From positions 3,007-67,006 of the forward strand of contig JAIXXN010000062.1 in the NCBI GenBank assembly GCA_027490725.1: DNA of 64,000 nt, in the 5' to 3' direction. A program made the translations under genes and the position numbers. Source of the DNA: Oxalobacteraceae bacterium. GTDB lineage: Bacteria; Pseudomonadota; Gammaproteobacteria; Burkholderiales; Burkholderiaceae_D. Shown one piece after another: positions 38,322 to 45,793 of this stretch (position 1 is its first letter; each line of letters opens with the position of its first letter). The notes under the pieces are model-generated. The model did not search any database. It was not told the origin of the DNA and saw only the letters and a list, made by a program, of their open reading frames with translations.

Positions 38322-38729
38322 TTACTGGCCGATGGTCAGGGTTTTGAGCAAGAGAGTCTTGGCTGCATTCATGGTTTCGACATTGGTCTGATAGGAACGC
38401 GAGGCTGACAGCATATTCACCATCTCGTCCACCACATTCACGTTCGGCATCGTCACATAGCCTTTGTCGTCCGCCATCGGATGTTTCGGGTCATACATCT
38501 GTTTCATCGGCGACTGGTCTTCCACCACCTGCTTGACGCGCACCCCGGTGGAACTGCCGCCACTGCCTTGCGGCGTGGCTTCGAAAACTACCTGACGGGC
38601 CCGGTAGGCTTCACCGCTGGCACTGGTGGCACTGTCGGCGTTGGCCAGATTCGAGGCCACCACGTTGAGGCGCTGGGCCTGGGCGCTCATGGCCGAGCCC
38701 GATACATTGAAAATATTAAACAGTGACAT
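38322..38729 (-). CDS. flgC: Flagellar basal-body rod protein FlgC
   Basis: [33 protein letters not shown]... 135 aa. Confidence 0.96.
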   Translation of the reverse strand: MSLFNIFNVSGSAMSAQAQRLNVVASNLANADSATSASGEAYRARQVVFEATPQGSGGSSTGVRVKQVVEDQSPMKQMYDPKHPMADDKGYVTMPNVNVVDEMVNMLSASRSYQTNVETMNAAKTLLLKTLTIGQ

Positions 38730-38731
38730 GA

Positions 38732-39151
38732 TTAATTAGCTCCCTGTATCGCGGCCATCATATGTTTGATCTGTGCATTGATCATGGTGATCCCCGCTTC
38801 ATAACGGACCGCGTTATCGGTGAACTGGTTACGCTCCACATCCATGTCGACGGTATTCCCGTCAACCGCGCCCTGCACTACCCCGCGGTACAGCAGCGGC
38901 GTCCCTTCGGCGGTGGTACCGGCGCTTTGCGGAGGGTTAGGGAAATGCTTGCTGGCCGTGGTACGCAGCGTGGCCGTCGGACTGGCACTATCGAGTGCCG
39001 ACTGCAGCGCAGTATTGAAGTCGATGTCACGGGCTTTGTAATTGGGCGTATCAGCATTGGCGATGTTCGACGCCAGTACGGCCTGGCGCTGCGAGCGCAA
39101 GCCCAGCGCGGCTTCATTGAAGCGCAGATACGCGTCGAGTTTTCCCACCAT
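38732..39151 (-). CDS. flgB: Flagellar basal-body rod protein FlgB
   Basis: ..[24 protein letters not shown].. 139 aa, AGGAGG RBS. First gene of the flgB-L operon. Confidence 0.95.
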   Translation of the reverse strand: MVGKLDAYLRFNEAALGLRSQRQAVLASNIANADTPNYKARDIDFNTALQSALDSASPTATLRTTASKHFPNPPQSAGTTAEGTPLLYRGVVQGAVDGNTVDMDVERNQFTDNAVRYEAGITMINAQIKHMMAAIQGAN

Positions 39152-39346
39152 GACAGCCTCCTGTGATCACGCCCCAACTACGGACGAACTTGTTATGACA
39201 GAAGCGATGATACGGAATTCCCGACCTGCGCCATCGACCAATAAGCCACTGCTTTCCCGGCCTATTCATCCATTCAAGTTCGGCCCGGCCGATTAAGATG
39301 GCAGCATCCAACGCACTCTGACCGGCCTGCGCGCCGGCACCACGCC

Positions 39347-40051
39347 ATGAACACTCGTCTTGCCTGCACCGTCGCTGCCGCACTGCTCACCCTGAGTGGT
39401 GCACTGCACGCCCAGCCCGGCGCTGCGCGCCAGGAGATGGCCAGCGTGCGCCGTAGCGTTGAACAGTTTTTGCAGATCCAGAGCGCCGGCCTGCCCGGCC
39501 AGGTTAGCATCAGCGTCGGCGCCATCGACCCACGCATGCAGCTGGCCGCCTGTGCCGAACCACAGGCTTTCTTCATGCCCGGCGCGCGCGCCTGGGGCAA
39601 GACCACGGTCGGGGTGCGCTGTGTCGCCCCCAGCCCCTGGACCATCTATGTACAGGCCAGCGTCAGCGTGATCGGTGACTATCTGGCCAGCGCTGTACCG
39701 CTGGCGCAGGGCCAGAACATCGAAGCCAGCCAGCTGGTCACCCTGAAAGGCGACCTGACAATGTTGCCCGCAGGAATTGCGACCGAACTGACACAGGTGG
39801 TCGGCCGCAGTGCCAATATTTCCCTGCCGCCCGGTACCCCGCTGCGCCTCGATACGCTGCGCAGCAAACCGGTGGTGCAATCGGGGCAGCTGGTACGTTT
39901 AATTACCAGCGGCAACGGTTTTAGTGTCTCCGCCGAAGCGCGCGCCATGAGCACGGCCGGCGACGGCCAGGTGGTGCAGGTGCGCACCGCCGGGGGACAA
40001 CAGATCACTGGCATCGCCAAAGCGGGTGGTATGGTCGAAGTCGCGTTCTAG
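39347..40051 (+). CDS. flgA: Flagellar P-ring assembly chaperone FlgA
   Basis: Signal peptide MNTRLACTVAAALLTLSGALHA/Q. 234 aa, divergent from flgB. C-terminal ..GQVVQVRTAGGQQITGIAKAGGMVEV is typical. Confidence 0.88.
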   Translation: MNTRLACTVAAALLTLSGALHAQPGAARQEMASVRRSVEQFLQIQSAGLPGQVSISVGAIDPRMQLAACAEPQAFFMPGARAWGKTTVGVRCVAPSPWTIYVQASVSVIGDYLASAVPLAQGQNIEASQLVTLKGDLTMLPAGIATELTQVVGRSANISLPPGTPLRLDTLRSKPVVQSGQLVRLITSGNGFSVSAEARAMSTAGDGQVVQVRTAGGQQITGIAKAGGMVEVAF

Positions 40052-40113
40052 TGCGACAAGGTGTAATGACGCACGGAAAGTCGGGGGGGGCTGAAGTTTA
40101 TGTGTGGCAACGC

Positions 40114-40140
40114 TAAAGTTTCTCAAGCTGCTGCCGATAG
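40114..40140 (+). promoter_or_regulatory. Near-consensus sigma-28 (FliA) class III promoter for flgMN
   Basis: TAAAGTTT (40114-21, 8/8), 11 nt spacer, GCCGATAG (40133-40, 7/8 of GCCGATAA). Confidence 0.8.
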
Positions 40141-40187
40141 ATACTCAGATCCCGGAGTTTAGTACTCCTACCCGAGAAGGAAATGCT

Positions 40188-40502
40188 GTGAAAATTAATG
40201 ATACATTGAAGAGCACCACTGGCTTGCCGTCGGCAACCCCGGCCTCGACCTCGACTGCGCGCGGCGCAGAAAAGGCCGCAGCACCGGCCACGCCAGCGAC
40301 GTCAGACAATGTGCGCCTGTCGCCGCAAGGGCAGGCTTTGGCGGCCAGTTCAACGGGCAGCAGCAATGCGGTGTTCGACACCAAAAAAGTCGAACGCATC
40401 AAACTCGCGATTGCTGACGGCCAGTTCCAGGTCAATTCCGAAAAAGTAGCAGATGGCTTACTCGACACCGTCAAGGATCTGCTGCACTCCCGAAAACGAT
40501 AG
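40188..40502 (+). CDS. flgM: Anti-sigma-28 factor FlgM
   Basis: GTG at 40188 with GAAGGAA RBS, downstream of the sigma-28 promoter. 104 aa. C-terminal ..FDTKKVERIKLAIADGQFQVNSEKVADGLLDTVKDLL is a typical FlgM sigma-binding region. Confidence 0.85.
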   Translation: MKINDTLKSTTGLPSATPASTSTARGAEKAAAPATPATSDNVRLSPQGQALAASSTGSSNAVFDTKKVERIKLAIADGQFQVNSEKVADGLLDTVKDLLHSRKR

Positions 40503-40509
40503 GTCCCCT

Positions 40510-40986
40510 ATGGCAACCGCTACCCCGCTTGATAGCCTGCGCGAAGAACAACAGATCATGACAGCCCTGCTGGGCTTGTTAAAGCAGGAGCAGCAATTAC
40601 TGGTAGCGGCAGAGATGGAAGGTATGCCCGCCATCACCACGAAAAAGAGCGCGCTGGTCACCCAGCTGACGCTGTTGTCGGCGCAACGCCACCGGGCGCT
40701 CGGCAAAGCAGGTTTTCCGGCCGCCGAGGCAGGCATGGATGCGTGGATTGCTGCCAGCGGCAGTGACGCCGAAGCCGCCGCCACCTTGTGGCAAACCCTG
40801 TTGCAGCAGACCCGCGAAGCCAAAGAGCTGAACCGCATTAACGGCATGCTGATCAATAAACAGATGAACCATACTCAGGGCGCCCTGCAAGCGCTGCGCC
40901 CGGCCAATACGGCCGCCAACAATTTCTATGGCCCGGGCGGTATGTCCACCACCCTGCCGCGCAGTCGCGGCTTCCTGGCCGGCTAA
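40510..40986 (+). CDS. flgN: Flagellar chaperone FlgN (for FlgK/FlgL)
   Basis: 158 aa, apparently helical protein directly after flgM (..LREEQQIMTALLGLLKQEQQLL..). ATG at 40510 follows the flgM stop. Confidence 0.8.
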   Translation: MATATPLDSLREEQQIMTALLGLLKQEQQLLVAAEMEGMPAITTKKSALVTQLTLLSAQRHRALGKAGFPAAEAGMDAWIAASGSDAEAAATLWQTLLQQTREAKELNRINGMLINKQMNHTQGALQALRPANTAANNFYGPGGMSTTLPRSRGFLAG

Positions 40987-41006
40987 GCGCCCGCTCCGAC
41001 ACCCAA

Positions 41007-41033
41007 GAAAAAAGCCGCTGAGCGGCTTTTTTT
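41007..41033. terminator. Bidirectional rho-independent terminator between flgN and the stator operon
   Basis: A6, stem GCCGC / GCGGC with a 3 nt loop (extendable by A-T pairs), then T8. Confidence 0.75.
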
Positions 41034-41125
41034 TCATCCCCGACCCACCCCGGCGACACTGCCTTGCTCCGGTATTTTGAGCGGCGCGCACTGCCGGCGC
41101 GCGCCAAGGGCTGAGGGCTTAGGAC

Positions 41126-41899
41126 TTAGGGGTTGGGTAGCGCGGTGGGGATTTCTGTGACGGTTTCGGGGATGCCGGACAGGATAGTCACGGCGACCCG
41201 GCGATTGCGTGCCCGCCCGATCGGATCGTCGTTCGAGGCCACCGGTACGTTCGCGCTGTAACCCACCGCCGTCAGGCGTTCGGCTGCCACCCCGGCGTCA
41301 ATGAACAGTCGCACCACACTGCTGGCGCGCACTGCCGACAATTCCCAGTTGGACGGGAATAACACATTGCGGATCGGCTGATTATCGGTATGCCCTTCGA
41401 CCTGGACGTTATGACTATCGTTGCGTAGCAAGGTGGCAACCGCCCGCAGCGCTTCGGTCGACTCCGGCGTCAGGCGCGCATCACCGGGATCGAATAGCAC
41501 CGAGGCATTGATTTCGACACTCACCCCGCGGCTGGTCTGGGTAACCCGCACTTTGCCTTCCTTGACCAGCGGCGCCAGCGTCGACAGCAGGTCCTGCGCC
41601 AGCTTGGTCATGTGCTCCTTTTCCTTGCGGATCGCCTCGGCACGCCGTTTCAGCGCCACATTCGGCAAGGGCAGACTCGGCACTTCCGTGTTGATCGGCT
41701 GTGCCGAACCGGCACCGCCAAACGCGTCGCCGAGCGCATCGGAAAAGATCCGGTATTTGCCGATGTTGACCGAGGAAATCGCATACATCACCACAAAGAA
41801 GGCGAACAGCAGCGTAATAAAATCAGCGTAGGAAATCAGCCAGCGCTCGTGGTTTTCCGGTTCCTCATCGAACTTTTTGCGGGCGCGCCGGTTCTGCAT
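41126..41899 (-). CDS. motD: Flagellar stator protein, MotB/MotD family (OmpA-like peptidoglycan-binding C-terminus)
   Basis: ..HERWLISYADFITLLFAFFVVMYAIS.. is the plug/TM region with the conserved Asp. OmpA-like ..VEGHTDNQPI..SNWELSAVRA.. Confidence 0.88.
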   Translation of the reverse strand: MQNRRARKKFDEEPENHERWLISYADFITLLFAFFVVMYAISSVNIGKYRIFSDALGDAFGGAGSAQPINTEVPSLPLPNVALKRRAEAIRKEKEHMTKLAQDLLSTLAPLVKEGKVRVTQTSRGVSVEINASVLFDPGDARLTPESTEALRAVATLLRNDSHNVQVEGHTDNQPIRNVLFPSNWELSAVRASSVVRLFIDAGVAAERLTAVGYSANVPVASNDDPIGRARNRRVAVTILSGIPETVTEIPTALPNP

Positions 41900-41900
41900 G

Positions 41901-42647
41901 CTATTGTCCCCGCATCAGCGTGGCCACGCGCTCTTCGATCACGCGAGTATGGTCGCCCGTGGCAATATCATAGAACACCGCGGCGGCAATCTCCTGCTGG
42001 AATACGGCCCGGTTGACGATGGCTTTGAGCTTGTTGGCAATCGGATAGAACAGCAGATTGGCCAGCCCGACACCGTACACGGTTGAAACGAAGGCCACCG
42101 CAATCCCGGCACCCAGTTTATTCGGATCGGTGAGGTTTTCCATCACGTGGATCAGACCCAGTACCGCGCCCAGAATCCCGATGGTGGGCGAATAGCCGGC
42201 CGCCGATTCCCAGATACGTGCCGCCAGCCGTTCCTCGGTTTCATACACGCTGATTTCCGCATCGAGAATCTGGCGCAGCTTGTCCGGATTAATGCCGTCG
42301 ACAATCAGCCGCAGCCCCTTGGTAATGAAAGGATCTTTCGACGCCAGCATATAGCGTTCCAGCGACAGCAAGCCATCGCGGCGTGCCGCCAGACCCCAGG
42401 CATTGATGTCGCGGGCCAGCGCCAGCCGGGTGTCCGGCGGTGGCGCAAACACCAGTTTCAGCATGCGCACCCCGCGCAGGAAGCTGGCGTAGCGGCTCTG
42501 CAGCAGTACCGCACCGATGGTGCCGATCACCACAATGGCGAAGGCAGCGGGCTGGAACAGCGAACCGAGTTTGCCGCCTTCCAGAGTCTGGCCGACCACG
42601 ATGCCGGCCAGCGCCAGCAGTAAGCCGGCTACGCTGGACCAGTCCAT
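41901..42647 (-). CDS. motC: Flagellar stator protein, MotA/MotC/PomA family (248 aa short form)
   Basis: MDWSSVAGLLLALAGIVVGQTLEGG... Four-TM MotA/TolQ/ExbB-type profile. Overlaps the fliA 3' end by 19 nt. Confidence 0.88.
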   Translation of the reverse strand: MDWSSVAGLLLALAGIVVGQTLEGGKLGSLFQPAAFAIVVIGTIGAVLLQSRYASFLRGVRMLKLVFAPPPDTRLALARDINAWGLAARRDGLLSLERYMLASKDPFITKGLRLIVDGINPDKLRQILDAEISVYETEERLAARIWESAAGYSPTIGILGAVLGLIHVMENLTDPNKLGAGIAVAFVSTVYGVGLANLLFYPIANKLKAIVNRAVFQQEIAAAVFYDIATGDHTRVIEERVATLMRGQ

Positions 42648-43360
42648 GAGCGCTCCCGTAATGTTGCGCGCAGACGCGCCACGGCTTGCGTATGCAATTG
42701 CGATACGCGTGATTCGGATACGCCCATCACGGCGCCGATTTCTTTCAAGTTGAGCTCCTCTTCATAGTACAGCCCCATCAGAATTTTCTCGCGCGGCGGC
42801 AAGGCATCGATGGCGTCGATCACCGCCTGGCGGAAATCGCCATCGAGCAGCGAACGCAACGGGTCACTCTCTTCATCCGAGCAATAACGGTCGAGGAAAC
42901 TGTCATTGCCGTCGTCGTCGTGGAAATCTTCGTAATAGACCAGCTGGTGGCCGCCGCCATCGGTCAGCATTTCCTGATAGTCGGCCAGCGACAGCTTGAG
43001 CATCTTGGCCACTTCCGATTCGGTCGGCGGGTGGCCGAGGCGCTGCTGCAAGGTGCTCATCGCCGCTTCGATCTTGCGCATATTCTGACGCATCGAACGG
43101 GGCAGCCAGTCGCTGCTGCGCAATTCGTCCAGCATGGCGCCACGAATCCGCAAAACAGCGTAAGTTTCAAACTGGGCACCATGACTATCTTCGTACCGGT
43201 TGATGGCGTCAAGCAGACCGATCATACCGGCCTGCACCAGATCGTCGACTTCGACGCTGGGGGGCAGTTTCGCCTTCATGTGATGGGCCAAGCGCTTTAC
43301 CAACGGCATATGCTCCGTCAGTAAAGAATTCTTGTCCGCTTTCCCTTTAACCGTGTACAT
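42629..43360 (-). CDS. fliA: Flagellar sigma factor FliA (sigma-28)
   Basis: ..LVKRLAHHMKAKLPPSVEVDDLVQAGMIGLLDAINRYE.. (region 2) and ..LNLKEIGAVMGVSESRVSQLH.. (region 4 HTH). Confidence 0.95.
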   Translation of the reverse strand: MYTVKGKADKNSLLTEHMPLVKRLAHHMKAKLPPSVEVDDLVQAGMIGLLDAINRYEDSHGAQFETYAVLRIRGAMLDELRSSDWLPRSMRQNMRKIEAAMSTLQQRLGHPPTESEVAKMLKLSLADYQEMLTDGGGHQLVYYEDFHDDDGNDSFLDRYCSDEESDPLRSLLDGDFRQAVIDAIDALPPREKILMGLYYEEELNLKEIGAVMGVSESRVSQLHTQAVARLRATLRERSWTGPA

Positions 43361-43395
43361 AAACTGTTTTTATCGTAATTGAATCGCTGAGGCGA

Positions 43396-44193
43396 TTAAC
43401 GCCACGCTGGCGCTGCTGCCATGGCAAACCGTCCTGCCAGCTGGCGAAACGCCACCGAAGCCCCGGCCAGCGGGAATGCATCGACCACCGCACGCCCCAA
43501 GCGTGCAGCGCGCTGCAGATATTCATCGGCTGGCACCGAGCCCATGGAAATCAGGTTGACGGCCAGATAGCGACTAGCGGCCTGTGCCATATTATCGTAT
43601 ACCACTTTTGCTTCGGCTTCGGAAGCCCCGGTGACGAGAATTCCGAACGGACGCCGGCCCAGTTCCTGATTCAGACGCTTGATCATACGGTATGCGGCGG
43701 TGATCGAGACAGCGCTTTTGCCGACCTGCACCACAATTTCCGCGCTATCCATCACCGGCAAAGGGAAGCCGGCGTCATCGAACTCGCCATCGACGATCAC
43801 GATGCCGGTCTGCTTGACCAGTACATCGAAAGCCTTGGCCAGACGGCGCGTTTCATCCGGGCCGCCACGCGGCTGGCCGCGCGTCATGGAAGCCACCGCA
43901 AAACCCTGCGGCGCCTGGTGAATCACCTGATCGAGCGCACATTCCTGGCGCGCCACATTCAGCAGACTGGCGCCGGCATCGACACCCAGCCGGCTCGCCA
44001 CACCATGGGCGCTGGCACAGGCATCCATCAGCAATACGTCATTACCGGCGCGCGCCAGCGAAGCCCCCAGATTGACCAGCATGGCGCCCTTTTCTTCCGG
44101 CGCGGTGGCCGACAGGAAGGTGACGATACGGGGCTTAGGCCCCGCCAGCATGCGGCGCAGGCCTTCGGCCTGGTCGAAATCGAAATTAGCCAA
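43396..44193 (-). CDS. flhG: FlhG/FleN-like MinD/ParA-family flagellar number regulator with a degenerate P-loop
   Basis: Position between flhF and fliA, N-terminal ..DQAEGLRRML.. and MinD-like fold blocks. The expected GGKGGVGKT is replaced by SATAPEEKG. Confidence 0.75.
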   Translation of the reverse strand: MANFDFDQAEGLRRMLAGPKPRIVTFLSATAPEEKGAMLVNLGASLARAGNDVLLMDACASAHGVASRLGVDAGASLLNVARQECALDQVIHQAPQGFAVASMTRGQPRGGPDETRRLAKAFDVLVKQTGIVIVDGEFDDAGFPLPVMDSAEIVVQVGKSAVSITAAYRMIKRLNQELGRRPFGILVTGASEAEAKVVYDNMAQAASRYLAVNLISMGSVPADEYLQRAARLGRAVVDAFPLAGASVAFRQLAGRFAMAAAPAWR

Positions 44194-45532
44194 GGTGCAC
44201 CTCGCGCAGTGCGCTGTCCATCGTGCCGCTACCCATCATCAGCGGCAGTTCGGCATCCAGATACTGGCTGGCAGCAACATCACGCTTGAGTTTGAAAGCG
44301 CGATCGATCAGATAGGCCGGATCGGCCAGATGCAGATCTTCCGGCACGCGCTGGCCGTTGGACACATAGAACAGATTGAGCTTCTGGCGGATCACCACGT
44401 CGAGCACGTTACCGATCGCGGCCGCTTCGTCGAGTTTGGTCATGATGCAGCCGGCCAGACCACTGCCCTGATAGGCACGCACCACTTCGTTGAGGGTTTC
44501 CTGGGTCGCCGTAGCATTCAGGCACAGCAGACGCTTGACGTTATCACCGGCACCCTGCAGCATCGAAACCTGCTCCGTCACCATCTGGTCGCGCTGGCTA
44601 ACACCCACCGTATCGATCAGCACAGTGTGCTTGTTTTTCAGTTCTTTGAGGGCGATGCGCAGGTCGGCTTCGTCTTTCACCGAGTGCACCATCACGCCGA
44701 GGATCTTGCCGTAGATGCGCAGCTGTTCGTGCGCGCCGATCCGGTAGGCATCGGTGGTGATCAGGGCCAGCTTGTCCGGGCCGTGGCGCATCACGCAGCG
44801 CGCCGCCAACTTGGCGGTGCTGGTGGTCTTGCCGACACCGGTAGGACCTACCAGCGCGAACACGCCGCCCTGATCGATCAGCGCATCTTCGTTCGCCATC
44901 ACCGACAGATTGCGGCTCAGCACAGATTTAATCCAGCGCATGCTCTCGGCAGCATCGCGGTTGGCGGGCAGTTTTTCAATCAGATAGCGCGCCAGCGATG
45001 CCGAGAAACCGGCCGCCAGCATTTCGCGCAAGACAGCAGTTTTCTGTGGCTCGCGCGCCTGGGTAGCGCCCCAGGAAATTTCTGCCAGCTGGGTTTCCAT
45101 CATGCCGCGCATGGCGCGGATTTCATTCATCATGCCCTGCATTTCGGCGGCGGCCGATTCTTTGGCACTGGCGACTGCGCTCGCCACCATGGCGCTGATC
45201 TGTGCGGCGCTCATCACCGGCGCAGCAGCGGCCGGCGCAGCGGGTGCCGACACTGGCGCACGGCGCGGGGCTGCGGCGAGCGTGGCGGCAGGCGCTGCGG
45301 CGCGCATCTGCGGCGCTGCAGTGGGCAATACCAGCGATGGCGGCGGCTCGGCCATCGGCGAGTGCGGTGCCGGCATGCTCAGCGACGCGGCATCTTCATT
45401 GGCCAGGGCGAGAATTTCAATCACCCCTTCGACCTGCCGGTTGGACAGGATGACAGCATCCGGGCCTAAGGCCTCGCGCACTTTGCGCAGGGCTTCACGG
45501 GAAGTCGGGGCGGTAAATTTTTTAACGTTCAT
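44186..45532 (-). CDS. flhF: Flagellar SRP-type GTPase FlhF
   Basis: G1 motif GPTGVGKTTSTAKLAA, DTVG, and a TKLDE-type motif (IMTKLDEAA). Confidence 0.93.
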   Translation of the reverse strand: MNVKKFTAPTSREALRKVREALGPDAVILSNRQVEGVIEILALANEDAASLSMPAPHSPMAEPPPSLVLPTAAPQMRAAAPAATLAAAPRRAPVSAPAAPAAAAPVMSAAQISAMVASAVASAKESAAAEMQGMMNEIRAMRGMMETQLAEISWGATQAREPQKTAVLREMLAAGFSASLARYLIEKLPANRDAAESMRWIKSVLSRNLSVMANEDALIDQGGVFALVGPTGVGKTTSTAKLAARCVMRHGPDKLALITTDAYRIGAHEQLRIYGKILGVMVHSVKDEADLRIALKELKNKHTVLIDTVGVSQRDQMVTEQVSMLQGAGDNVKRLLCLNATATQETLNEVVRAYQGSGLAGCIMTKLDEAAAIGNVLDVVIRQKLNLFYVSNGQRVPEDLHLADPAYLIDRAFKLKRDVAASQYLDAELPLMMGSGTMDSALREVHLG

Positions 45533-45793
45533 GGCCGGCTCTCTGCATTCTGGGACGAGTAGCGTCTACTGGATGAGACATCTTTACTCGGACAGTGCCA
45601 TTATTGACGATGCACTCCGGAAATGATCCGTTGAACAAGAGGGCAAATCAGCCGTATTTCCCCTAGGCAGCTTGAGCGCCCTCCTCTGCGGCACACAGCG
45701 CCGCCGGCGGCGTGCCAGGGATCAGCTGACGCGGCCAGTTGCAAGCATCATCCATGCAGACCGTCCCGACCATCTGCATGGCGCGGCGCGCAC

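Noticed and set aside
39274-39295. Sigma-28-like elements TCAAGTTC and GCCGATTA upstream of flgA.
   Set aside because: The spacer is only 6 nt, whereas the consensus needs 11. The elements cannot function as a -35/-10 pair in this arrangement.
39152-39346. A sigma-54 (GG-N10-GC) or clear sigma-70 promoter in the flgB/flgA divergent region and in the fliE/fliF region (6947-7171).
   Set aside because: I read both strands and found only weak partial matches (e.g. TGGCTTATTGGTCGA lacks the -12 GC at the right spacing). The data are not good enough to annotate, and the master regulator type (FlhDC versus FleQ) cannot be decided from this window.
43361-43395. CGATAA -10-like element just upstream of fliA as an autoregulatory sigma-28 promoter.
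   Set aside because: There is no acceptable TAAAGTTT-like -35 at the right distance. It would also leave a ~9 nt leader without an RBS.
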